NCBI GenBank assembly: GCA_028715115.1
Contig: JAQUSN010000002.1
Location: forward strand, 132,944-196,943
DNA from: Patescibacteria group bacterium
Lineage (GTDB): Bacteria; Patescibacteriota; Patescibacteriia; UBA2591; UBA4787
DNA length: 64,000 nucleotides
Direction of reading: 5' to 3'
This document shows positions 47,630-56,901 of this stretch, in pieces. The notes beneath the pieces were generated by a model that had not been told where the DNA came from, did no database searches, and saw only the letters and a program-made list of their open reading frames with translations. The number at the start of each line of letters is the position of its first letter. Position 1 is the first letter of the stretch. The position numbers and the translations under genes were made by a program.

Positions 47630-47745
47630 TATCGGCCGGGCATGGCGCGAAAGCGTCATTCCCGGCCTTATATTTTAATCCCCAGTCGCGATTGACAAAC
47701 TCGGTTTATGCTTCATAATTAAATATTAATTCGTGATTTCATTTA

Positions 47746-48378
47746 ATGAATAATCCAGAGACCATGATCATGGCCATCAAAAAAGAAATTTTATTTAAAG
47801 ATGGCTATTTTGAAGGATTTCGAGAGAAGAATATTCTCGATTATGAAGCCCAGATTTTAGCTAATTATAGTTATTATCAACGTACGGCCGTGGAGCATGA
47901 TAAAAATCTGAAACAGCCGATTGGTTACGCGGTCATAATTAATCCAAAATTAAAAAAAGTTTTCGCTTATCAACGCGCGAATAAAGAAAAAGAATATAGC
48001 GAAAAAAGATTATGGGGCCGTTGGTCTTGGGGTGTTGGCGGACATGTCGAGAAAGATGATTTAGAAAAAGGCAACCCCATTAGAATTAGCACCCTAAGAG
48101 AAGTGGAGGAAGAAGCTGGATTAAACGCCAAAGAACAAGATTTAGATATTTTGGGCTATATTAATAACGATACTGACGATGTAGGCAGCGTTCATATTGG
48201 TATTTTGTATGTTTTAAAAACAGACTTGGAAGAGTTTAAATCAACCAACCAGGAAATTATCACGAGCGGAATGAAAACAATTGAAGAATTGGAAGAAATT
48301 ATTAATTCACAGAATTATCAAGTTGAGGAATGGGCAAAAATATCTTGGCCGGTTATCAAAAATTATTTAAAAAATTAA
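47746..48378 (+). CDS. NUDIX hydrolase.
   Basis: Nudix box GGHVEKDDLEKGNPIRISTLREVEEEAGL. Confidence 0.7.
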   Translation: MNNPETMIMAIKKEILFKDGYFEGFREKNILDYEAQILANYSYYQRTAVEHDKNLKQPIGYAVIINPKLKKVFAYQRANKEKEYSEKRLWGRWSWGVGGHVEKDDLEKGNPIRISTLREVEEEAGLNAKEQDLDILGYINNDTDDVGSVHIGILYVLKTDLEEFKSTNQEIITSGMKTIEELEEIINSQNYQVEEWAKISWPVIKNYLKN

Positions 48379-48401
48379 TTTGTAATGTAAATTTATAATA
48401 T

Positions 48402-48599
48402 ATGGCCTATAGTAAGTGTAAAAAATGCGGCATGCCGCTAAAAAATGAAGAAGGCGCCGAAGATAGTTGCGCTTGTAATCAAGATCTTTGTAAGTATTGT
48501 TGCGAGTGCAACTTCGGCTGCCAATGTGGCTGCAAGGAAGAAAGTGAAGGACGAAACGACACGAATGAAAGCGATGACTTTCAAAACAACGTAGAATAA
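48402..48599 (+). CDS. Small Cys-rich protein (65 aa; metallothionein-like or zinc-ribbon).
   Basis: 15 Cys in CxxC / CxC / CC arrangements. Host-like AT-rich codons. Confidence 0.4.
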   Translation: MAYSKCKKCGMPLKNEEGAEDSCACNQDLCKYCCECNFGCQCGCKEESEGRNDTNESDDFQNNVE

Positions 48600-48660
48600 C
48601 CCGGAGGACCGGAGGAAAAGAAAAAAAATAACAAAAATACTAAAAATTTTAGTAAAGATT

Positions 48661-50037
48661 TTGTTTTTTACGAAAAATATTATGAAGATTAAATTTTGGG
48701 GCGGAGTAGGGGAGGTTACCGGTTCAAATCATCTTTTAGAAGATCAAAATAATAAAATTTTGATCGATTGCGGTATGTTTCAGGGCGCCGACCAGGCTTT
48801 CGAAAAAAATAGCGCCGATTTTTCATACGACCCTCATGAAATTGAGGGTGTTTTAATTACTCATGCCCATATCGACCATATCGGTCGTTTACCTAAGTTA
48901 GTTAGAGACGGTTTTGATAAAAACATCTATTCTACGGCGCCCACCAAGGATATGGCTTATCATCTTTTGCTGGATTCTTATGCGATTATGAGCAAAAACT
49001 TTGCCACCAAAAATATGGTTATTTATGATGAGGCCGACATTGCAAAAACGATGTCTTTATGGAAAGTTGTGCCATATCACCATAAATTTTCTATTAAAAA
49101 TTTTGACATAGAATATATTGACGCCGGTCATATTTTAGGTTCAGCGTCGCTGAGAATAACTTCAGGCAATAATAAAATATTATTTTCCGGCGATTTGGGT
49201 AATGTACCTTCGCCAATAGTAAAAGATACGGAATATTTTACTGAATCAGCCGATTACGCATTGCTTGAATCGACCTATGGCGCTAGGATTCATGAATCAG
49301 CCTCCAATAGAAAACAATTATTGAAAGACCACATCATCGATGCTGTTCGTAAAAAATCTGTTTTATTAATTCCGGCTTTTGCCATGGAACGTACACAAGA
49401 ATTATTATATGAAATTAACGATATGGTAGAAAAAAAAGAATTGCCCGCCGTGCCGATTTTTGTTGATAGTTCGTTATCTATTAAATTAACTAAAATCTAC
49501 GATAAATATTCAAGTGATCCAAATTTTTTCGACCAAGAAGCCATAAAATTAATTAAAGCAGGCGACGATATTTTTAATTTTGCCGGTTTAACATATACTC
49601 CGACCGTTGAAGAATCGAAAAAAATAAATGATTTTCCGGCGCCCAAAGTCATTATTGCCAGTTCAGGTATGAGCGAAGGCGGTCGCATTATTCATCATGA
49701 AGTCAGATATTTACCTGATCCCAATGCCACGATTTTGTTTGTCGGATTTCAAGCGTATGGCTCCAAAGGCAGGCAGGTTTTAGATGGAGCCAAAAAAATA
49801 CAAATTTTAGGCCAAGAGATAGATATTAAAGCGCAAGTTAAAAAGATTGGCGGATATTCTGCTCATGCTGATCAACCCTTGCTTTTAAAATGGGCAAAAG
49901 AATCTAAGAATGGCTTGAAGAAAATGTTTATTACCCATGGCGACTTGGATCAGGCTCAGATTTTAGCTAAAAAAGTCAACGACGAGACCGGCGTAGAAAC
50001 AATTATTCCTGGATTTGGCCAGACCATCGAATTATAA
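48661..50037 (+). CDS. Metallo-beta-lactamase / beta-CASP family ribonuclease (RNase J / CPSF-like).
   Basis: HAHIDHIG (HxHxDH) and a C-terminal beta-CASP region with GYSAHAD. Confidence 0.8.
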   Translation: MFFTKNIMKIKFWGGVGEVTGSNHLLEDQNNKILIDCGMFQGADQAFEKNSADFSYDPHEIEGVLITHAHIDHIGRLPKLVRDGFDKNIYSTAPTKDMAYHLLLDSYAIMSKNFATKNMVIYDEADIAKTMSLWKVVPYHHKFSIKNFDIEYIDAGHILGSASLRITSGNNKILFSGDLGNVPSPIVKDTEYFTESADYALLESTYGARIHESASNRKQLLKDHIIDAVRKKSVLLIPAFAMERTQELLYEINDMVEKKELPAVPIFVDSSLSIKLTKIYDKYSSDPNFFDQEAIKLIKAGDDIFNFAGLTYTPTVEESKKINDFPAPKVIIASSGMSEGGRIIHHEVRYLPDPNATILFVGFQAYGSKGRQVLDGAKKIQILGQEIDIKAQVKKIGGYSAHADQPLLLKWAKESKNGLKKMFITHGDLDQAQILAKKVNDETGVETIIPGFGQTIEL

Positions 50038-50052
50038 ATTATTTATAAGAAA

Positions 50053-50074
50053 GCCGCCCCGGTTAAGGGGCGGC
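50053..50074. terminator. Bidirectional terminator (gccgcccc / ggggcggc). It overlaps the 3' coding end of the minus-strand Cys-rich gene.
   Basis: Perfect 8-bp GC stem between convergent genes. Confidence 0.6.
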
Positions 50075-50302
50075 AGTAAACATGGACGGGGATTGACCTC
50101 TGTGGCGGACCCGTGTCCGGGTTTGTCTGGGCCGAACGAGCGGGGAGATGGGGCAGGCGATCATCTTCTCTTGATAGTATCTTGAGCAAGTAGCGCAGCA
50201 GGACTTAAGACATTTGTTGGTCTTGGGGCATCCTTTTGCCAGGTTACATCCTTCGCAGCATGGATGTAGTTTGCCACCACAGCCAGCAGGGTTACTGTCC
50301 AT
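50063..50302 (-). CDS. GC-rich Cys-rich small protein (79 aa from the SD-preceded Met; 11 Cys in CC/CxxC patterns, metallothionein-like N-terminus, basic tail).
   Basis: GGAGG 7 nt upstream of the ATG at 50302. The ORF-track ATG at 50326 has no SD. A TTGACA lies at about 50356-50361 on the minus strand. GC-rich. The last 8 codons are encoded by the terminator hairpin. Confidence 0.45.
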   Translation of the reverse strand: MDSNPAGCGGKLHPCCEGCNLAKGCPKTNKCLKSCCATCSRYYQEKMIACPISPLVRPRQTRTRVRHRGQSPSMFTAAP

Positions 50303-50812
50303 AGGAGAGCCTCCATAGTTTGGCATATCTATAGCTTAATACTATTTTAGAGGTTTGTCAATTATTTATTTATATATTTATTTTACGACACTTGATAATT
50401 TAATTATCTTTTTTTGTTTATTTTAATAATCAGATTTTTAATAAAAGAGGCTTAAGTTTTATTAAAATCATTGTTAAAAAGGGGAAACATGGACTAAACC
50501 GATAAAATCGAGCATATCTGATAAATAACTGAACTTAGATACATATCCTTGATCTATTACCTATGTGCCCTACAATTTTAAAAAATTTTTATAATAAAGT
50601 TGAGATAGATATCAAGAATAGAGCAGTGAAAAACAAAAAATATTTTTTTAATAAAATAGATGGAGTATATATCATCTTTTAAGGTTAAAAAACAAACAAA
50701 ATAGGCCTTTTATTAGAAGACCTATTTTGTTGAAGATCCTGACTTGGCTTCGTAAAAGGTATATTGTGCGACGCTGTATATCTAGAAAAACCTTATATCC
50801 CCTTTAATATAT

Positions 50813-50821
50813 GGGGGGGGG
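50813..50821. repeat. G9 homopolymer (preceded by cccc) in an intergenic region.
   Basis: Seen directly in the sequence. Confidence 0.9.
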
Positions 50822-51052
50822 TTATTTTATTTCGACTGATTGGTCGGTGGTGACTGCTTTGGCTTCTACGATTGACCAAATTTTGAAATATTGGGTCGTA
50901 AACCAGATGCCGAAAAGGAAAATCATAACAACCAGAATCGTGAGAATGATAACGGCTAAACTGGAGTCCATGGGTTTATGCCACCAGCCATAAGATGAAC
51001 CGACAATGCTTGGATACTTAGTACTGCGATAGTCCCCGCTTCCAAAGGTCAT
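50822..51052 (-). CDS. Small hypothetical single-TM protein (76 aa) upstream of the M23 peptidase gene.
   Basis: ORF with a central hydrophobic helix. Weak. Confidence 0.3.
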   Translation of the reverse strand: MTFGSGDYRSTKYPSIVGSSYGWWHKPMDSSLAVIILTILVVMIFLFGIWFTTQYFKIWSIVEAKAVTTDQSVEIK

Positions 51053-51065
51053 GGTAATGTATTTA

Positions 51066-52289
51066 TTAAATTAAATAGTTTAAAGGATTAGTCGGGATAC
51101 CATTTGATCTTACCTCAAAATGTAAATGTGGTCCAGTGCAAAAGGGTCCAGCGCCAGGAGTGCCAGGAATGCCACCAGTACGGCCAATAGTAGATCCTCG
51201 TTGAACATATTGCCCTTCGCTTACATAAATCGCGCTGACGTGGCCATAGACGGTTGAAATGCCGTCTCGATGGACTAACATAATATAGCTATACCCCATT
51301 CCGGCGTTTACGGCCTTAGCAACATAACCGGAAGCCGGTGCGCGAATGGCTGTGCCATGTGCAACGCGTATATCGATAGCTGGATGTTGACCGATTGACC
51401 TGATAAAAGGATATTCTGGATCATGAAAACTTGTAGTAATGACATTTTGAGGAACCGGCCAAGATAAAACCAATGGTCCCCCACCCTCTTCGAGGTTATT
51501 AAGCATTTCTTGATTTTTTTGGTCGGCAATCTTTTTTCTAAGCAATTGTTCGGCGGTGGCCATGTCTCGTTCGGCTTTTTTTTGTTCACTAACGGCTTGC
51601 GCCAATAAGGCCTGGTATTTCCATTCAGCGCCTCGAGTTTGGGTTAATAAATTATTTTCCGCCTGGCGCTCTAGCGAAGATTGTTGTTTTTGTTGAACTA
51701 AATCCTGCTTGAGATTAGAAAGAGTTTGTTTTTTTTCTTGCAGAGCATTTTGTTGAGTCTCCAATCCGTCTTTAATCAGTTTCATTTTTTCCAGATTGTC
51801 TTGTAAGTTGCCCTGCAGATCTTCGAGATACTTTGCTTGATTTAAAAATTCAGAAATATTACCGTTTAATAAAAATATTTCCAAAGAATTTTTATTGTCA
51901 TTCTGATTAATCATTTGCAACATAGTGATCAATTGCTCTTTTCGCACATCAATCTGATCATATTGATTATTGATTTGTAACTCTAAGCTTTGTATTGATA
52001 ATTCTGTTTCGGTAATAGATTCTTGTTTTTCTTTAATAGCTGCATTAGTTTTGGCAATTTGATTATCTAAGATGCTGATTTGATTTTTTAAAGTCGTAGC
52101 CTGTTTTTGCACCTGATCGATTTTATCTTGATATACTTTTTGTTGTTCCTGCAATTGTTTTATCTTGGCATTTTGTTGCTCTATCTGTTTTTGGAGATCA
52201 TCGACCGGCGAAGCATAAGCAAAATGATTTGTCGACAATAAAAAAAAGCCGCAACAAAATATAAATATAATGAAAAACGCTTTTTTCAT
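51066..52289 (-). CDS. M23-family peptidase with an N-terminal coiled coil (EnvC/LytM-like).
   Basis: Signal peptide, long Q/K-rich coiled coil, C-terminal HxxxD ... HLHFE M23 motifs. Confidence 0.85.
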   Translation of the reverse strand: MKKAFFIIFIFCCGFFLLSTNHFAYASPVDDLQKQIEQQNAKIKQLQEQQKVYQDKIDQVQKQATTLKNQISILDNQIAKTNAAIKEKQESITETELSIQSLELQINNQYDQIDVRKEQLITMLQMINQNDNKNSLEIFLLNGNISEFLNQAKYLEDLQGNLQDNLEKMKLIKDGLETQQNALQEKKQTLSNLKQDLVQQKQQSSLERQAENNLLTQTRGAEWKYQALLAQAVSEQKKAERDMATAEQLLRKKIADQKNQEMLNNLEEGGGPLVLSWPVPQNVITTSFHDPEYPFIRSIGQHPAIDIRVAHGTAIRAPASGYVAKAVNAGMGYSYIMLVHRDGISTVYGHVSAIYVSEGQYVQRGSTIGRTGGIPGTPGAGPFCTGPHLHFEVRSNGIPTNPLNYLI

Positions 52290-52315
52290 TTTAAATAATA
52301 GTAAGAAATATAATT

Positions 52316-53833
52316 TTAACTCATTAAATTAAGCTTGTCGAGGGCCAAATCAATACGTCGGATAGCCTCAGAAAAACCAAGAACTTCGGCAATTTCTGCA
52401 GGCGGCGGCGATGATTTTTCGCCGGTCAAGGCGACCCTAAATGGCCAAAAAATATCACCCACTCCCCTATCTTTGCCAAGACAGTTTAATATATTTTGAA
52501 CATTTTGCGCTTTAAAATTATTTGACGAAAGCTTATTTAAATTATTTTTAATTAATTCTAAATTGCTTTTCGTGGTGGCTACGTCACTTTTTTTCCAAAT
52601 AAGTATTTGCGGATCATAATTTAATTCTTTAATAAAGAAAAATTTAGTTTTTTCAGGAATATCATTTAAGACTTTTAATCGTTCCTGCTCGAGCTTTATG
52701 ATTTTTGATAACCACTTAATGTCTATTTTAATGCCAGAGCTTTTAATAAATATTTGCGATCCGTCTTGGCGAATAAAATCGGCATTAATAAGATATGGCA
52801 AACACAGCCTGGTCAGCTCCTCGGTGTTTTTTTTACGGATATAACAGCCGTTCATCCAATCAAGTTTTTCTAAATTAAAAATTGCGCCGGCCTTTTGCAC
52901 CTTTTCAATAGAAAATTCTTTAATTAATTCTTTTAAAGAAAATATTTCTCTGTTATCGCCCGGATTCCAACCTAAGAGCGCCAAAAAATTTAAGAATGCT
53001 TCCGGCAGATAGCCTTTGGCTAAATAATCTTCTGCAGCTACGTCTCCTTGGCGTTTTGACAATTTCGAACGGTCGGGGTTTAACAGTAGCGGAACATGTC
53101 CGAAGCGCGGTAAGTCCCAACCAAAAGATTGATATATGAAAACATGTTTAGGCACGCTCGAGATCCACTCTTCGGCTCTTAGAACATGAGTGATGTTCAT
53201 CAAATGATCGTCGATGACATTGGCTAAATGATAGGTCGGAAATCCATCTGATTTTATAATAACCGCGTCATCAACATCGCGATAATTAAATTCAATATCG
53301 TTGCGAATTAAATCTTTTATTTTCACTATCCCCTGCTCTGGTATTTTCAACCTTATAACATAAGGTTGCCCTGAGCGAAGTCGAAGAGCGACCTCTTCTT
53401 TATTTAATCTTCGGCAGCGTTCATCATACATCGGCGGAAGTTTTTTTGCCGTTTGTTTTTCGCGCATTTTATCCAACTCTTGCTCGGTACAAAAACAATA
53501 ATAAGCGTTCCCCTCGTCTATTAATTTTTGCGCAAAATTTTTATAAATATCTAAACGCTGCGTTTGGAAGTACGGTCCTACTTTGCCCATTTCTTTTATT
53601 TGCTCCTTTTTATCAAGATATGGCCCTTCGTCCCAATCAAGCCCAAAATCTTGCAGGGTTTTTATTAAACTCTCAACTGCGCCAGAGACATATCGTTTTT
53701 GGTCGGTATCTTCAATACGCAGAAGCATTTTACCTTTATAGTGCCTGGCAAAAAGCCAATTAAAAAGAAAAGTGCGTAAGCTCCCGACGTGTAAATAACC
53801 GGTTGGAGATGGTGCAAAGCGGACTCGAACCAT
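52316..53833 (-). CDS. gltX: Glutamyl-tRNA synthetase.
   Basis: HIGH-type motif (PSPTGYLHVGS) and KLSKR. Confidence 0.9.
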   Translation of the reverse strand: MVRVRFAPSPTGYLHVGSLRTFLFNWLFARHYKGKMLLRIEDTDQKRYVSGAVESLIKTLQDFGLDWDEGPYLDKKEQIKEMGKVGPYFQTQRLDIYKNFAQKLIDEGNAYYCFCTEQELDKMREKQTAKKLPPMYDERCRRLNKEEVALRLRSGQPYVIRLKIPEQGIVKIKDLIRNDIEFNYRDVDDAVIIKSDGFPTYHLANVIDDHLMNITHVLRAEEWISSVPKHVFIYQSFGWDLPRFGHVPLLLNPDRSKLSKRQGDVAAEDYLAKGYLPEAFLNFLALLGWNPGDNREIFSLKELIKEFSIEKVQKAGAIFNLEKLDWMNGCYIRKKNTEELTRLCLPYLINADFIRQDGSQIFIKSSGIKIDIKWLSKIIKLEQERLKVLNDIPEKTKFFFIKELNYDPQILIWKKSDVATTKSNLELIKNNLNKLSSNNFKAQNVQNILNCLGKDRGVGDIFWPFRVALTGEKSSPPPAEIAEVLGFSEAIRRIDLALDKLNLMS

Positions 53834-53896
53834 AATAAAATAAAAAATAATAAGCTAATTCAATATAATTTTATCACGAGCTAATTAAAAGGCAAA

Positions 53897-54763
53897 TTAT
53901 TTCGTGCTTTCTATTCTAGCCCATGGCTTATTAAAATCAGGACGAATAATTCTTTGTTCCCAAAAGATAATTAGCCATAAGTATAAGCGCGCTAAATACA
54001 ATAAAATAGTCCACCAAAACTCTCGCAAGTTACTTGGATAAACGAATAAAAATTTAAATCCGCCAACCAGCTCGCCGTAAAAATTTCTTTCTTTATTAAG
54101 CGAACCTATCTTTTGTTTATAGCCGCCGGTAGATCGTTTTTTTTGCAATAACCAATCTTTGAAATTATTGGGATATTTTACGTAAACGAATGCCTGTGGT
54201 ATATATTCGATGCGATATTGTTTTACTCGAATCATTTGCGTTATTAGCCCGTCTTCTGATAGGGCGTTTTCGGGAACCAGCTCGAATAAGTTTTTACGAA
54301 ATGCATAATAATAGCCAGAACATGGAAAAATCATGTTTCTTATTCTTAGCCAATGGGCGGCTTCGGTTAAAAAATGCGCCCAATAGCCAAAGATATTGTT
54401 TCTAGAATTAATCGGCAGAGGATGTCCGGTAGCGGCGCCAACAGAAGCGTTATCAAAACATGAAACTAAAAAATTCAGTGTATTCTCTCCTATCCAAACA
54501 TCGCCATCAGTTAAAACCAAAATATCACCACGCGCCGCCTGAACGGCCAAATTAAGCGCCGCCGGTTTACCGCGGTGTTCATCTTTTATATATCTTATTT
54601 GTTGGTAACGGTCTATGAAGTTTTTGGCCACTTGCTCGCTTTCGGCGTCTGGACCGACGATTAATATTTCGTAATCAAAGGTCGGCTTCTGATTTAAAAC
54701 GCAATTAATAGCATTAGCAAGCGTATCTTTTTCTTTATAGGTTGTAATAATAATGGAAACCAT
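53897..54763 (-). CDS. GT2-family glycosyltransferase.
   Basis: SIIITTYKE ... DGD motifs. Confidence 0.8.
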   Translation of the reverse strand: MVSIIITTYKEKDTLANAINCVLNQKPTFDYEILIVGPDAESEQVAKNFIDRYQQIRYIKDEHRGKPAALNLAVQAARGDILVLTDGDVWIGENTLNFLVSCFDNASVGAATGHPLPINSRNNIFGYWAHFLTEAAHWLRIRNMIFPCSGYYYAFRKNLFELVPENALSEDGLITQMIRVKQYRIEYIPQAFVYVKYPNNFKDWLLQKKRSTGGYKQKIGSLNKERNFYGELVGGFKFLFVYPSNLREFWWTILLYLARLYLWLIIFWEQRIIRPDFNKPWARIESTK

Positions 54764-54826
54764 AAATTATTATAGCGGCATCAAAACTTATAATTAGCGA
54801 AAAATTAGTAATTGGTAGGAAATTTA

Positions 54827-55396
54827 TTAAAGCAAATTAAATTTTTCTATAACAGAATATTTTGCGCCCGCCCTGCTTAATTCGCTTTTCATCAAATCAA
54901 TAGATTCAATGGTGAAGTTTATTTTATCTATTTTTAGATCAGGCAAATTGAACTCAAAGGGATAATTTAGGCGCGCCAAAGTCAAGTGCATTTGCCATGG
55001 TCGATCGTCTATTTCAACTCCAAGAGGAATAAGCAATGCGCCAAGCTCGCGGCGCAATTCATATAAAATATTTTTTGCCGAAATTTCTTGATTGCCAACA
55101 AAGATAACACGCGGTTTTTTTAAGTTGGGAAATCCACCCAAATCAGTCAAACATAATTTAGTTTTAGAATATTTGTTGACCGTTTTTTCCATGATTTCTT
55201 TGACTTTTTCCACGCCTGTTTCGTTCAAATAACCCAAAAAATGCAAAGTTAAGTGTATTCCGGTCTCGTTTACCCATTTTATGGGTAAATCTTTATTGTT
55301 TGACTTGAGTAAATCAATAATTTTAGCCAAATAATCTTTGACGTTTTGTGGCAAATTAATCGCGATAAAACAACGAGTTTTGTGCCCTAGATCCAT
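54827..55396 (-). CDS. thpR: RNA 2',3'-cyclic phosphodiesterase (2H phosphoesterase, LigT/ThpR).
   Basis: Two H-x-T-x motifs (HLTLHFLG and HLTLARL). Confidence 0.8.
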   Translation of the reverse strand: MDLGHKTRCFIAINLPQNVKDYLAKIIDLLKSNNKDLPIKWVNETGIHLTLHFLGYLNETGVEKVKEIMEKTVNKYSKTKLCLTDLGGFPNLKKPRVIFVGNQEISAKNILYELRRELGALLIPLGVEIDDRPWQMHLTLARLNYPFEFNLPDLKIDKINFTIESIDLMKSELSRAGAKYSVIEKFNLL

Positions 55397-55481
55397 ATTT
55401 TACATATATTATAACTTATAATCCACGCCTAGGCAAGAAGTTAACATTATTTTATTGTTTTTATGTGGTATAATATTAGTT

Positions 55482-56489
55482 ATGAAAGAAGCGTTATTAT
55501 ATAAAAAATTAAAAAATCAAATCGTTCAATGCCATGTTTGCAATCATTATTGCGTTTTAAAAAGCGGTGCGCGCGGTCATTGCGGAGTCAGACTGAATGC
55601 GAACGGGAAGTTATATAATTTGACATATGGTAAATTAATTGCCTTGAACATTGATCCGGTTGAGAAAAAGCCATTATTTCATTTTATGCCTGGAACGCAG
55701 GCGCTGTCTTTAGCGACTATTGGTTGTAATTTTCAATGTCAAAATTGCCAGAATGCCGATATTTCGCAAGCGACCAAGCAGGACCAAGAAATTACCGGCG
55801 AAGAATGGCCAGCGCAAAAAATAATTGAGATGGCACTCAAAAAAAATATCACCAGCATTGCTTATACATATACCGAGCCAACCATATTTTTAGAATATGC
55901 GCTGGAGATTATGAAGCTGGCTCACCAAAATAAATTAAAAAATATTTGGGTTTCAAATGGGTATTTTTCTAAAGAAACATTTGGCCTTATTCGTCCATAT
56001 TTAGATGCCATTAATATTGATTTGAAATTTTTTAACGATAAAATCTATCAAGATGTGTGTGGAGCGCGCTTAGAGCCGATCTTGAAAAACCTAAAACAAG
56101 TTTATAAAAATAAAATTCATTTGGAAGTCGCGACCTTGTTAATTCCCGGTTATACTGACAAGGGACCGCAGTTAAGAAATATAGCCAAGTTCATTAAAAA
56201 TAAACTAAGTAATAGCGTACCTTGGCATATTTCTCGCTTTTATCCGGCATATAAAATGATTAACATTGAACCAACCACCCCCAATACAATTGATACGGCA
56301 TATGAAATTGGCAAATCAATCGGTTTAAAATACGTTTACGTCGGTAATGTGGTTAACGATGTTCGAGAAAACACGATTTGCCCTAATTGCGGTAAATCTA
56401 ATATTGTTCGTAGTGGCCATCAAATCAAGCGCCTAGATAAATGCGGACATTGTTATAATTGCAATTATGATTTAAGTATTTTTAAGTAA
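55482..56489 (+). CDS. Radical SAM enzyme of the AmmeMemoRadiSam / PFL-activase-like type.
   Basis: N-terminal Cys ribbon (CHVCNHYC...HCGVR) and CxxxCxxC (GCNFQCQNCQN). The ATG at 55482 lies downstream of the extended -10 tggtataat and is preferred over the TTG at 55455. Confidence 0.7.
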   Translation: MKEALLYKKLKNQIVQCHVCNHYCVLKSGARGHCGVRLNANGKLYNLTYGKLIALNIDPVEKKPLFHFMPGTQALSLATIGCNFQCQNCQNADISQATKQDQEITGEEWPAQKIIEMALKKNITSIAYTYTEPTIFLEYALEIMKLAHQNKLKNIWVSNGYFSKETFGLIRPYLDAINIDLKFFNDKIYQDVCGARLEPILKNLKQVYKNKIHLEVATLLIPGYTDKGPQLRNIAKFIKNKLSNSVPWHISRFYPAYKMINIEPTTPNTIDTAYEIGKSIGLKYVYVGNVVNDVRENTICPNCGKSNIVRSGHQIKRLDKCGHCYNCNYDLSIFK

Positions 56490-56500
56490 CTGTGGATAAA

Positions 56501-56567
56501 TTAGCACTCTTGCTTGACGAGTGCTAACATAGTAGTATAATATATATTAGTTGCCAAATAGGCAACT
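56501..56567 (+). promoter_or_regulatory. Promoter embedded in a palindrome. The 9-bp inverted repeat ttagcactc / gagtgctaa encloses the -35 (TTGACG, 56514-56519) of a TATAAT (56536-56541) promoter. A 7-bp hairpin (agttgcc / ggcaact, 56549-56567) follows in the 5' UTR of the GIY-YIG gene.
   Basis: Seen directly in the sequence. Confidence 0.5.
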
Positions 56568-56584
56568 TTAAGTTATCATAAAAT

Positions 56585-56881
56585 ATGCCCAGTAACAAAA
56601 CTTCACCAGTGTTCTTCTATTCTTACGTGCTCTATAGCCCCAAAGACGACCATAACTATATAGGTTATACCAACAATTTAAAAAAACGACTTCAAGAACA
56701 CTGGAAAGGAGAAAGTTTTGCTACCAAGGGCAGATTGCCATTAAAATTAATCTACTTTGAGGCATCACTTCACCAAGAAGATGCCAAACAAAGAGAAAAA
56801 TATCTAAAAACCACGGATGGTCGAAGGTTTTTAGCTAAACGATTAAAACACTATCGTACCAATAATGTTTGGCATCTTTAG
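56585..56881 (+). CDS. GIY-YIG nuclease family protein (small, stand-alone).
   Basis: [29 protein letters not shown] matches the GIY-YIG motif. Confidence 0.8.
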   Translation: MPSNKTSPVFFYSYVLYSPKDDHNYIGYTNNLKKRLQEHWKGESFATKGRLPLKLIYFEASLHQEDAKQREKYLKTTDGRRFLAKRLKHYRTNNVWHL

Positions 56882-56901
56882 TGAAGTTGTTGTTACTGGG
56901 T

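Noticed and set aside
56869-56901. TTG-initiated extension of clpB, and TTG 55455 for the radical SAM gene.
   Set aside because: Canonical ATGs (56902 and 55482) align with the family N-termini, and 55482 lies downstream of the -10 box.
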